64,000 nt of DNA from Nibricoccus sp. (GTDB taxonomy: Bacteria; Verrucomicrobiota; Verrucomicrobiia; Opitutales; Opitutaceae). The notes below the pieces were generated by a model. The model saw only the letters and a program-made list of their open reading frames with translations. It did not search any database and was not told the origin of the DNA. Below are positions 36,601-45,091 of this stretch, piece by piece; the stretch's first letter is position 1, and each line of letters starts with the position of its first letter. Location: NCBI GenBank assembly GCA_047602425.1, contig JASGHG010000001.1, positions 1,632,001-1,696,000 of the forward strand, given 5' to 3'. A program made the translations under genes and the position numbers.

Positions 36601-39600
36601 TCGGGTTAACTACGGCGGCAGCCGTGCCGTCGACGATGGTGTTAGTCCAGTTGTGAACGTTAGGAGTGGCAGCAGCGACGTTGTTGAGGAGCCACCAGCC
36701 GCCCATGTAATTGGCGCCGCTCACACCGGAGGTGGTGTTGAGGAAGGCGTTGTTGGTCGCGTCACCAAAGGTGGAGTCGAGGATGACCACTTCGCTGTAG
36801 GGATATTGGCCGGTGTTGGGATCGATGCGGCCAAAGTATGTGCCGGTGATTCCAGCGGGTGCGGTGAAGCGGCAATTGCGAAAGACGTAGCCGTGCTTGG
36901 TGTTGTCGTTGCGAATCTGGGTGAAATAGCCGCCGGTGCGAAGAATGCGGATGTCGCAATTTTCAAAATAGGTCGGTCCGTCGCCCCACATGAAATCGAC
37001 GTCGCCTTCGATATAGCAGTCTTTGACGTAAGCCTGCTTGTTGATCTGAAGCGTATCCTGGTAGCTGTAGAGTTCGCAGTTGATCAGGACATTTTTGCCA
37101 ACGGTAGCGCTCGAGCCGTTGATCACGAGAGCCTCGGCCTGCGAGCCATTTTGCGGCGTGGTGTTGATGAAGGTGAGATTGGCGAAAACGGTGTCGTGCA
37201 CAGATTGGGCAACGACGGTGGAACGATGATAAACGCCGGAGACGTTGTTGAAGTTATTATTGTTCGGGTAAGCGATGATGACGTTGTCGCGATTCTGTCC
37301 AAGGAACGTGATGTTATGCTTCGATTGGTAGCCGACCTCTTCGAAGTAAGTGCCGTTCTTGATGTAGATCGTTGTCGGTGTCGTGTTGGCACCGGGAACA
37401 AAATCGATGGCGCCTTGGACGGTGTTGAAATCGCCCGAGCCATCGGCGGCGACGGTCAACAAAGCGGTTCCAGCCGTGGGGCTGGAGGCCTTGGTCGAGA
37501 AGGTCCATGTAGTGTTATTGTTGATACCAGCAAAGGCTTCGCCAGCGGCGTTGACGAAGACGCCGGCGTCAACCTTGACGTAGTAGGTTTTGCCGTAGGC
37601 AAGAACGTTGTTGCGCGGATAAATCGTGGCGGTGTTGCCGGAGACGGTGATCGGGTAGTAATTGAAATTATTTGGGATACCGCCGATGGCCTTGGTCAAA
37701 ACTGGTAGCAGTTGCGTGGAGAGCGTGCTTGAAGCGCGAAGCGTGTCGCGGCGATTCGTGGCTTCCACCATGTCAATGGTTTCGACCACAGTATCATTGG
37801 AGGCATCGTAGATGCGAAGGAGGCCGGAGATGCCGGGTGTCACCGCCTCGTTGAAAGTAATTGTAAGACGGGTGTCAGGGTTGAGGCTGGAGGCGGCGTT
37901 GATCGGAGTGACCGCCGTCGTCGCCATCGTGGCGGAGAGCACGACAACCGAGGCGGCAGAACTGGTGAGGTTGCCGACGGAATTGCTGACGGTTACGGTG
38001 TAGTTGCCGTTGTCGGCCCCGGTGGCGCCAGTGATGGCGTAGCTGGCGCTGGTTGCACCGACAATATTGGCGCCGTTCTTCTTCCATTGATAGTTGGGAG
38101 CAGGCGTCCCGGAGGCCGTGACAGAAAGTGTAATTGAACCGCCTACATTGATGGTGCCTCCGGTGGGTTGGCCGGTGATTGCAGGAGCTTGATTGACGGT
38201 GAGCGTCGCGCCGTTGCTGGTAGCGGAACCCTGCCCATTCGTCACAACGACACGGTAAAGTCCGGCATCGGCCAGAGCCGCGTTAGAGATGGCGAGTGTA
38301 TCGGCGGTGGCGCCGGAAACATCACTGTAGCTGCTGCCACCATTGGTGCTCTTCTGCCATTGATAAGTGAGCGGCGCGGTGCCGTTGGCGATGACGCTGA
38401 AAGTATTGGAACCGCTGACGAGAATTGTGGCGTCGGCCGGATGTGTGACGATGGATGGAGCAACCGCGCCGGCAGAGACGGTGAGCGTCGCGGCGTTACT
38501 GGTCGAGGAACCTGCGATGTCGGTTACAACGACCGTGTAACTGCCCGCATCGGACATTTGGCAGCTGGCAATCGTATAGGAAGCAGAGGTGGCGCTGGAA
38601 ATATCGACGCCGTCCTTTTTCCATTGATAGGTAAGCGCGGTGCCAGTGCCGCCATCGGCAACAACAGTAAAGGTCGCAGCTTCGCCAACGGCCTTCGTGA
38701 GGCTAAGCGGCTGCGTGTTGATAGCGGGGACGATAGTGGTCGGTGCGTTGGTGGTTATCTTAATACTATTTGTATCAAAGATAGAAGCTGGGCCGGCCTC
38801 TCTGTAGCCCACAGCAAGACCATCAAAACTGGCGGTCTTAATTTCTGATGTCGTTGTATTTTGCGTGAACAGTGGCGTTGCTGATATATCAGTGCCCGAG
38901 TAAATGCTATGCGTGATTATCAAGGCAGCCGCTCCAGATTTTTGAATCTTGAGCACCATTGAGTATTGGGAACCAACTGTTAATGCCGCCGGTAGCGTAG
39001 CATTCGAAGTTGTCCCAGCAGCTGCAATACTCGGCGAATTATAGATGAGATCCTGATTATACGCCGCAGTAGTCAACACGGTTGGTCGATAGAATAGACC
39101 GTTTGCATTTCCGCCCGAACCGGAAACATAGGTTCTCCCAAAATAACCGAACCAGCCCTCAACGCCAGGCGTTAAAGCAGCTGTCGAATTTGTTTGCCCG
39201 CCTGCATATGGCTGAACTGCAGATCCGTTGTAAAGCCCGAGCATCAATGCATTGTTGGCAGTGGCATTAAATATGCCGGCTTCATTGGTGAACGTAACAA
39301 CCACTTGGATGTAATCTCCCACACTTGTGAGAACCACCGGGTATTTCGTGAACAACGCCTGAATCTGGTTCGCGGCGGAACCAGTCGACGTCATCGTGAA
39401 TTTCAGATGCCCAGCGGTGATCGATGGTGCACCGCTGCTTCCGTTGAACGCCTTGGCGCTAATCTGTTGGTATGCGGTAGCCGACAAGCTGGGTTGGCTT
39501 GGCGAAACTGGATTCGATGCAACCGTGCTGCCTCCCCCAAACGTGTCGTCAAACACGACGGTTTGGGCGTGGCCGGCTAGTGCGGCGCATCCGAGCGCGA

Positions 39601-39646
39601 GCAAAGCAGTTGAGAGACGACGAAACGAAAACGTCGGGAGGTGCAT
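33617..39646 (-). CDS. 2009-aa surface pectinase: signal peptide, unknown module, Ig x3, Big_5-like, CE8 pectin methylesterase, Ig, poly-Ser, unknown module, poly-Ser, PL1 pectate lyase, Ig, poly-Ser, C-terminal anchor
   Basis: CE8: VAADGSGDFNTVQGAI, QAEAL, YQDTL, IEGDVDFMWG, YFGR. PL1: SNKTLRG, NVIIRNL, DGNLD, NVTVSW, QRM..RFG..HMYNN. Ig: YQWKK...DAGSY. Tail: GGGAP + TM + KHLRKRNR. Confidence 0.9.
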   Translation of the reverse strand: MHLPTFSFRRLSTALLALGCAALAGHAQTVVFDDTFGGGSTVASNPVSPSQPSLSATAYQQISAKAFNGSSGAPSITAGHLKFTMTSTGSAANQIQALFTKYPVVLTSVGDYIQVVVTFTNEAGIFNATANNALMLGLYNGSAVQPYAGGQTNSTAALTPGVEGWFGYFGRTYVSGSGGNANGLFYRPTVLTTAAYNQDLIYNSPSIAAAGTTSNATLPAALTVGSQYSMVLKIQKSGAAALIITHSIYSGTDISATPLFTQNTTTSEIKTASFDGLAVGYREAGPASIFDTNSIKITTNAPTTIVPAINTQPLSLTKAVGEAATFTVVADGGTGTALTYQWKKDGVDISSATSASYTIASCQMSDAGSYTVVVTDIAGSSTSNAATLTVSAGAVAPSIVTHPADATILVSGSNTFSVIANGTAPLTYQWQKSTNGGSSYSDVSGATADTLAISNAALADAGLYRVVVTNGQGSATSNGATLTVNQAPAITGQPTGGTINVGGSITLSVTASGTPAPNYQWKKNGANIVGATSASYAITGATGADNGNYTVTVSNSVGNLTSSAASVVVLSATMATTAVTPINAASSLNPDTRLTITFNEAVTPGISGLLRIYDASNDTVVETIDMVEATNRRDTLRASSTLSTQLLPVLTKAIGGIPNNFNYYPITVSGNTATIYPRNNVLAYGKTYYVKVDAGVFVNAAGEAFAGINNNTTWTFSTKASSPTAGTALLTVAADGSGDFNTVQGAIDFVPGANTTPTTIYIKNGTYFEEVGYQSKHNITFLGQNRDNVIIAYPNNNNFNNVSGVYHRSTVVAQSVHDTVFANLTFINTTPQNGSQAEALVINGSSATVGKNVLINCELYSYQDTLQINKQAYVKDCYIEGDVDFMWGDGPTYFENCDIRILRTGGYFTQIRNDNTKHGYVFRNCRFTAPAGITGTYFGRIDPNTGQYPYSEVVILDSTFGDATNNAFLNTTSGVSGANYMGGWWLLNNVAAATPNVHNWTNTIVDGTAAAVVNPNSDAFTNMPTDTTTQANYRDVVWVLNSNMAGTVVPSPWTPALTPIFTTQPASATVNAGTSVSFTAATMAVPNATYQWRKDGVDIPSATAATYTIASPISGDAGAYTVVATNASGSTTSSAANLVVNGGSSSSSSSSSSSSSSSSSSSSSSSSSSSSSSSSSSSSSSSSSSSSSSSSSSSSSSSGSSGPLVHDTWQDADRSAPASPTYAENNGVTSTDADSDGDRESAWFSSSTPALNATAGHLTATIPTSSLSFYTYFTPEATPVTLAAGDSLTVKWVFTPTDVNATNTSQGFNLALVRTPVGSRSTADAAPATAIYAGYAMLMNMGQTTGNGNSFQLRRWGATSAGALLGTSGNWTALVNGIGNSAPGYTSGTSYTFTMTLTRDLATPSTMNVTATMVGGTLNTTGTASVSYSDATPNGFTFDTFDVRPSSAALSAGTIDTSLFEVTYTPYYTGGGSSSSSSSSSSSSSSSSSSSSSSSSSSSSSSGSSSSSSSSSSSSSSSSSSSSSGGTIAQIVADGYAATATGGASGSTVTVATAFDLKTYAESTTPYNIIVSGTIDLGLNGRINVRSNKTLRGADTSATIIGTLNISNVTNVIIRNLNVTAPTGDTTDTVQDNDAITVSGSTNVLITKCSIYDATDGNLDIVQGSDNVTVSWCKFYYIRTTAHRFSNLIGSADDDVGAAPGNGINNYHHTWHHNWWSTGCMQRMLACRFGGAHMYNNYWDCAGNDYCTETRNIASMLSENNYYDGVKNPLAKRTALPNDISYLMTIDNIFNNCTGTQLVSNDVVFTPPYAYKLHATSTIPNLVKAGAGNVSVDSPAALSASITGPAAQVAAGASFTLTAVPASFTATSYQWRLNNIAIPSATAATYIVANASSATHAGNYSVVIGSATNEYVVSAPLAVTIGSGGGSSSSSSSSSSSSSSSSSSSSSSSSSSSSSSSSSSSSSSSSSSSGSSSGPVVPPPKHGGGAPGYAYFAALCAMFCWKHLRKRNR
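33728..33869 (-). repeat. Poly-serine linker 3
   Basis: Run of mixed Ser codons before the C-terminal anchor. Confidence 0.85.
35075..35231 (-). repeat. Poly-serine linker 2
   Basis: Run of mixed Ser codons before the PL1 domain. Confidence 0.85.
36047..36217 (-). repeat. Poly-serine linker 1
   Basis: Run of mixed Ser codons after CE8-Ig. Confidence 0.85.
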
Positions 39647-39762
39647 GGGAGGCGTGGGGTCAGTCGAGCGGTCGGACAGAGCTGGGTGGTGGCAGCACAG
39701 TCGCGTTCGAGCAGAACGCGCAGGCTACTCGCAAACAATATACGGTTCCGTCTGGCTCGTCT

Positions 39763-39782
39763 TGTCGTCAGTTTTGATGACA
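39763..39782. promoter_or_regulatory. Imperfect 8-4-8 palindrome in the divergent promoter, candidate regulator site
   Basis: TGTCGTCA-GTTT-TGATGACA (1 mismatch); extra half-site TGTCATC at about 39815. Confidence 0.45.
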
Positions 39783-39853
39783 CCTCCTTCGAAGACGTCT
39801 TTTTGAAGCGGGGTTGTCATCTGTTCGCGGAACGAGTTTAAAGTTTCACCCCC

Positions 39854-42800
39854 GTGCTCCAGCCGACTCCAAACCTCTTCCGTCTATTTTGCGCAGTATT
39901 GTGCCTGGCAACAACGCCGTTGTACGCCGACTACCGCCCGCCGGCCGACTACACCTTGCGCGAATGGACCGAGTCGCAGGGCCTGCCTTCCAACGAAGCC
40001 TCTGCGGTGTTTCAAGATGGCCAAGGTTATCTCTGGGTGATCACCAATGCCGGCCCTGCCCGTTTTGACGGCAACTCCTTTGAGCCGCAGAAAATGCCGC
40101 CCGAGGTCGCTTCCCGCGGCATGATCATTCTGCCAGATCCGACCAATCGCACCGCCACGCTCGTCGCGCCGGCGAATCTGAACGCGGGTTCCGAGGGAGC
40201 CGTCACCGCCAAAACCGATGGCTTCTACATCCGCGACGCCAGCGGCGAATTCCGTTTTCAACAAGAACCTCTCCTCACCGGTAAAACGGTCCGCACAGTT
40301 TTCGCCATGCCCGATGGCACGCTCTGGCTCGGTTGCGACGACGGCACCCTTCTTCGCCGCAAAGGTGCCGAGGCCGCGCTGTTTCCCGCTCCCGAGACTG
40401 CCACAACCAAACGTAATCCCATCCTCGCCATCGACCAGCAACAACGCCTTTGGGCCGTCATCGGTGCGCATATCTACCGCCTCGACGGTTCAAGCTGGAC
40501 GCTTCAATACACCGAGCCGAGCAACGGCGAATTGCGTCTCTGCTCAAGCCAGACTGGCGGCCCCTGGCTCCTAACTCGTGAAGCCCTTTTCAAATGGCAG
40601 GACGACAGACTCGTTGAAATCGCGCGTCTGCCCGAGCTCATGGGCGCGCATTTTGTTCAAACCGCCTTGGAAGACACCCATGGAATTCTCTGGCTGGGTA
40701 CCCGTTCCCAAGGTCTGTTCCGGTACACCAACAATAAATTTCTTCACCTCGCCACGGGCAGCGAGGATATCACCGCGATCTGGGCAGACACGGAAGACGA
40801 TCTATGGGTCACCACCAACGGCGGCGGTCTGAATCGTCTCCGTCCCAAAGCCCATCACCTCTTCGACCAGGCCAGCGGCCTCAAAGACAATTATAGCTAC
40901 ACGGTGGCCGAAGACGCCTCGGGCGCCATTTGGCTCGGCAACCGCGACGGCGGCGCCGCCCGCATCGTCGATGGCACCGTCGATCCCATCTCGCGCCGGG
41001 CGAACTGGCGCCCGTTCAGCGCGATGTCCGTTTCCCCCGCGAATGACGGCGGCATGTGGATCACCTCCGGCATCGGCATCTACCGAACCGATCCTTCCAA
41101 TACCGACAAGCTTCAACGCCAGCCCGCCATTCCCGGGTACAAAAGCGTTCGTGCCAGTTTCACCGCCCGCAATGGCGACTATTGGTTCTCTGTCGACCCC
41201 GACCGCCTCGTTCGCTGGCGCGCGGGGCAGCTCACTCTTTTTGGTCATACCGAAGGGTTCGATGGACGCGAAATCCGCGCCATTGCCGAGGATTCCGAAG
41301 GCGTCATCTGGCTCGGCGCGGCCGATGGGCGGCTTTACCGCAGCAAAGGAGAAAAGTTTGAACGCGTGCCGTTCGCCGACTCCGACAATGCGGGCGCCAT
41401 TCAAGTGCTTCGCTTCGAAGCCGACGGAACCCTGCTGGCGGGTACCACCCGCGTCGGCGTGTTGATCTTTTTGGCGGCCGACCGCCTTCATCCGAAGGCA
41501 CTTCACGCCTTTGCCGGCCTGCCGAGCAGCAATATCACCCAAATCCTCGCCGACGACCATGAGCGCTACTGGTTCGGCTCGCGCAATGGAATTTTCTGGG
41601 TCCACCGGGCTCAAGTCCAGGCCTTCGCCCTTGGCAAGTCCGCCCGGGTCCACGCCATCACGCTCGGCGTGGATGACGGTCTGCCCGAACTCACCTGCCT
41701 CGGCCTCTTTCAACCCGCCGCGTGGAAATCCCGCGATGGCAAACTCTGGTTCGCCACCCGGCGCGGCGTGCTCTGCACCGATCCCGCCCTCACCACCGGC
41801 GACGATCATTTGGATCCTGTGACTGTTTCGGCGATGACTTGCGACGGGCAATCCCGGACTCTTTCCGACAAGCCCAGGATCCGTTCCACTGTCCGCAAAA
41901 CCGAAATCCGCCTCTCGGTCCTTTGCCTGTCGACGCCCGAGCGTGTCCAGGTGCGTTATCAACTCGAAGGTTTCGACAACGATTGGGTGGTGCTCAAGGA
42001 CAGCCGCGTGGCCACCTACCCTCGCTTGCCGCCCGGCACCTACGTTTTTCGCGCCATGGCGAGCAAGGGCAATGGCATCTGGAACGAACAGTCCGAGCTT
42101 CTCACACTCACCGTCACCCCGCCGTGGTGGCAGAGCTTGTGGGCGCGCGTCCTTTATCTCTTGATTCTGGTTGTTGTCGTGGGTGTGGTCGTACGCGCCC
42201 GCTCCCACCGCCGCCTCAGCCGTCGCCTGGTAGATCTCGAACGCGAGCGCGCCATCGAGCAGGAACGCACCCGCATTGCGCGCAACATCCATGACGAATT
42301 GGGCGCCAGTCTCACCCACATCAGCCTGCTTACCCAAGCCGCCCAGCAGAACCAACCCGCGCAAAACGCCAGCTTCGACAAAATCTACGAGGCCACCCAC
42401 GAAATCACCCGTGCGATGGACGAAATCGTTTGGGCCGTGAACCCCAAGTGCGACGATCTCGAAAGCCTCGTCTACTACATTGGCAACTTTGCCCAAAATC
42501 TCCTCTCCGCCGCCGGCATCCGCTGCCGCCTCGACCTGCCCAGTGCGCCGCCTCCCCTGCGCCTCCCCAGTCCCGTCCGTCACAACCTTTTCCTCTGTTG
42601 CAAGGAAGCTCTCAACAACGCCGTTAAACACGCCAAAGCCGAACTTGTATCTATCGCCATAACGGTCGAAGGCCAGACCCTGCGCCTCACCGTCGCCGAC
42701 AATGGCCGCGGACTTGCCCCCGCCGTTTCCAACGCCCGCACCCGGCTCACTCCAGCCAGTGGACTCGAAAACCTGCGCCAGCGCATGACTGAAATTGGCG

Positions 42801-42877
42801 GCACTTGCGAATTCGCCACCCAGCCCGGTGGCGGCCTCGCCGTGACTTTTTCCATCACACTTTCCGTGACCGCTTGA
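39854..42877 (+). CDS. Sensor histidine kinase with Reg_prop beta-propellers, Y_Y_Y domain and HisKA_3
   Basis: GLPSNE..QDGQGYLW, repeated ED..G.LWLGT..G, RYQLEGFD..W...ATYPRLPPGTY, PPWW + TM, ERTRIARNIHDELG, KEALNNAVKHA, DNGRG; GTG start. Confidence 0.92.
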   Translation: MLQPTPNLFRLFCAVLCLATTPLYADYRPPADYTLREWTESQGLPSNEASAVFQDGQGYLWVITNAGPARFDGNSFEPQKMPPEVASRGMIILPDPTNRTATLVAPANLNAGSEGAVTAKTDGFYIRDASGEFRFQQEPLLTGKTVRTVFAMPDGTLWLGCDDGTLLRRKGAEAALFPAPETATTKRNPILAIDQQQRLWAVIGAHIYRLDGSSWTLQYTEPSNGELRLCSSQTGGPWLLTREALFKWQDDRLVEIARLPELMGAHFVQTALEDTHGILWLGTRSQGLFRYTNNKFLHLATGSEDITAIWADTEDDLWVTTNGGGLNRLRPKAHHLFDQASGLKDNYSYTVAEDASGAIWLGNRDGGAARIVDGTVDPISRRANWRPFSAMSVSPANDGGMWITSGIGIYRTDPSNTDKLQRQPAIPGYKSVRASFTARNGDYWFSVDPDRLVRWRAGQLTLFGHTEGFDGREIRAIAEDSEGVIWLGAADGRLYRSKGEKFERVPFADSDNAGAIQVLRFEADGTLLAGTTRVGVLIFLAADRLHPKALHAFAGLPSSNITQILADDHERYWFGSRNGIFWVHRAQVQAFALGKSARVHAITLGVDDGLPELTCLGLFQPAAWKSRDGKLWFATRRGVLCTDPALTTGDDHLDPVTVSAMTCDGQSRTLSDKPRIRSTVRKTEIRLSVLCLSTPERVQVRYQLEGFDNDWVVLKDSRVATYPRLPPGTYVFRAMASKGNGIWNEQSELLTLTVTPPWWQSLWARVLYLLILVVVVGVVVRARSHRRLSRRLVDLERERAIEQERTRIARNIHDELGASLTHISLLTQAAQQNQPAQNASFDKIYEATHEITRAMDEIVWAVNPKCDDLESLVYYIGNFAQNLLSAAGIRCRLDLPSAPPPLRLPSPVRHNLFLCCKEALNNAVKHAKAELVSIAITVEGQTLRLTVADNGRGLAPAVSNARTRLTPASGLENLRQRMTEIGGTCEFATQPGGGLAVTFSITLSVTA

Positions 42878-42917
42878 AATCCCCGCCACTATTTGCAGCC
42901 TCGCCCGAACCCCACCC

Positions 42918-43556
42918 ATGAAAATCCGGGTATCCATCATCGAAGACGACGACACCACCCGTGGAATCTTGACGGAAATTGTCACCAGCGCGCCCGACCT
43001 CGAACTGGTCAGTCAATACAACCGCTGCGCTCCCGCCATCAAAGCACTTCCCGCCGAAACGCCCCACGTCGTCCTAGTCGATATCAACCTCCCGGAAATG
43101 AATGGCGTTGAGGCCGTGCGTCTCCTCAAGCCCGCGATGCCTGGCACGCAGTTTTTAATGCTCACCGTTTACGAAGATGCGGACCACATCTTCGCCGCGC
43201 TCGCCGCCGGGGCGACGGGTTACCTTTTAAAAGGCACGCGACGCGGCGAACTCCTCGACGCCATCTCTCAAATCATGTCCGGCGGTTCGCCCATGAGTAG
43301 CGGCATCGCGCGCAAGGTCGTGCAATCTTTCACCAGTTTCCCGCCTACTCCGCGCGCCTCCGATCTCGAAACACTTTCCCCGCGCGAACAATCCGTCCTC
43401 GATCTCTTGAGCAAAGGCTACCTTTACAAGGAAATCGCCGAATCGCTGGGCGTCAGTGTGCCGACTGTGAACACGTACATCCGTCGCATCTACGAAAAAC
43501 TCCAGGTGCACTCGCGCACACAAGCCATCAACAAGTACCGGCAAAAGCCGAACTAA
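42918..43556 (+). CDS. NarL/LuxR-family response regulator
   Basis: IIEDD, VLVDINLPEMNG, GYLLK, LSPREQ...GYLYKEIA...IRRIYEKLQVHSR. Confidence 0.93.
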   Translation: MKIRVSIIEDDDTTRGILTEIVTSAPDLELVSQYNRCAPAIKALPAETPHVVLVDINLPEMNGVEAVRLLKPAMPGTQFLMLTVYEDADHIFAALAAGATGYLLKGTRRGELLDAISQIMSGGSPMSSGIARKVVQSFTSFPPTPRASDLETLSPREQSVLDLLSKGYLYKEIAESLGVSVPTVNTYIRRIYEKLQVHSRTQAINKYRQKPN

Positions 43557-43583
43557 TCGCCAGCGCCCTAAGAAGGGCCGCCG

Positions 43584-44393
43584 TTAAAACTTGATCGAGA
43601 CCCGATCGCCGCTCACGCCGAGCCGGCTGATTGAATCGTAAACCGACTCATCCGAAATCCTACGGGTGATCCGTTCGCGCGAACGTGCGGAATCCTGACT
43701 TCCCGCCGCATGGGGATCGTAGGCCACCATGTAGGCAAGCAACCGTGAACGACGATTGTCGCGCGGCGTGCTCACCTGCGTCAGCGGCTCCACCACGTTG
43801 TTTTGCACCGATTCGGTCCGACCGGCATTGTCGTCGATCAGACCGACCATTTGCGCGAGAGCCTGTCCAGCGGCTTTCACCGTGGCCGTGCCCGCGAGCA
43901 GCAATTGTTCGGACGTAGAAGAATTCGCAGAATCGCTTTCACTGGAGGTAACAACCAGTTCGGCTGAACTCTCGCGTTTTACTTCACGATCCGCCACTGC
44001 AGGCATTTCGACTGCGGCGACCTTAAATTCATTTTCCACGCGCTCTGCGCGGGCTGGCGAGATTGCGACCACATTTTCAACAACCGCTACCGGAGTGGCT
44101 ACCGTACTAGTCGACTGCGCCAAAGCCACTTTCGGCGCATCGGGACGCTGGAAAACCCCAAAAGACAGGGCAACGACAGCAGCCGCACCCAAAGGCGCGT
44201 AAACCCGAAGCAACAATTTGCGGCTGGCGATGCCATGGTACCAGGGACGCACCGGCTGGACGAGCGCCGCGAGTTGTTTCGCGCGCAGTTCCTGTTCGAA
44301 ACGGGGCCAAAATTCAGCCGAAGGTCTCTCAGCACGTTTCAGTTGCAGCAAATCCTCGAGAGTAACCTGGGGTTTACGTTTCGGCTCGTTCAT
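43584..44393 (-). CDS. Putative anti-sigma factor (single TM)
   Basis: LEDLLQLKRAERP..EFW..F cytoplasmic domain, TM helix, low-complexity periplasmic part; ATG overlaps the sigma stop. Confidence 0.65.
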   Translation of the reverse strand: MNEPKRKPQVTLEDLLQLKRAERPSAEFWPRFEQELRAKQLAALVQPVRPWYHGIASRKLLLRVYAPLGAAAVVALSFGVFQRPDAPKVALAQSTSTVATPVAVVENVVAISPARAERVENEFKVAAVEMPAVADREVKRESSAELVVTSSESDSANSSTSEQLLLAGTATVKAAGQALAQMVGLIDDNAGRTESVQNNVVEPLTQVSTPRDNRRSRLLAYMVAYDPHAAGSQDSARSRERITRRISDESVYDSISRLGVSGDRVSIKF

Positions 44394-45025
44394 GGATTCA
44401 GGTATTGTTGCAGCTCGGCCTGTAAAAGCTGCTTCGCGTAGTGGAGACGCGAACGAACCGTGCCCACCGAGCATTCCATAATCTCGGCGATCTCTTCATG
44501 CCCAAGGCCTTCGATTTCAAATAAAGTTACCACGGTACGATGCTTGATAGACAATTTCATCAGCGCCTCGTTCAATTTTTCCTGTAGCTCGCGAACAAAC
44601 AGCTGCCGGTCAGCTCCTTGTTTATCAGTCAGTTGATTGATCAACTCAGCCGTTTTATCCTCTTCATGAATCTTCTCGAAACTGAAGAAGCTGCGTAGCT
44701 TGGCCTTACGTAAGTGCGTGAGAGTCGAATTTACTGCAATCCGGTACAGCCAAGTGAAAAACGAAGACTGCGCGTGAAACCGGTGAATCGACTGAAACGC
44801 CTTGATAAAAACGTCCTGCGTCAGGTCCGCCGCGTCCTCGCGATTCGACGTCATGTTGTAAATAATGCCGTACACGCGGTCGCGGTATTTTAAAATCAAT
44901 GCGTCAAAAGCCGCTACGTCCCCTGCCTGGACACGTTGGACAGTTAGCCGGTCAGAATCGGCTTCTTGCTGACGCTCGGGCGTGACCACGAGGGTCTTTT
45001 CCAGTGCCTTGGAGGCGGCGTCCAT
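44390..45025 (-). CDS. ECF sigma factor (RpoE-like)
   Basis: GDVAAFDALI, DAADLTQDVFIKAF, FFTWLYRIAVN, EEIAEIMECSVGTVRSRLHYAK. Confidence 0.94.
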   Translation of the reverse strand: MDAASKALEKTLVVTPERQQEADSDRLTVQRVQAGDVAAFDALILKYRDRVYGIIYNMTSNREDAADLTQDVFIKAFQSIHRFHAQSSFFTWLYRIAVNSTLTHLRKAKLRSFFSFEKIHEEDKTAELINQLTDKQGADRQLFVRELQEKLNEALMKLSIKHRTVVTLFEIEGLGHEEIAEIMECSVGTVRSRLHYAKQLLQAELQQYLNP

Positions 45026-45091
45026 GGGTTGGGAACCATGCAGAGCCCACGCCAGTTCGCAAATCGAAACTAATCGGACTGTCCGCCGGGT

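Noticed and set aside
40802..42985. 727-aa minus-strand ORF
   Set aside because: Antisense shadow of the high-GC3 sensor kinase; similar shadows occur over gyrA, gyrB, tal, the porin and the TonB receptor
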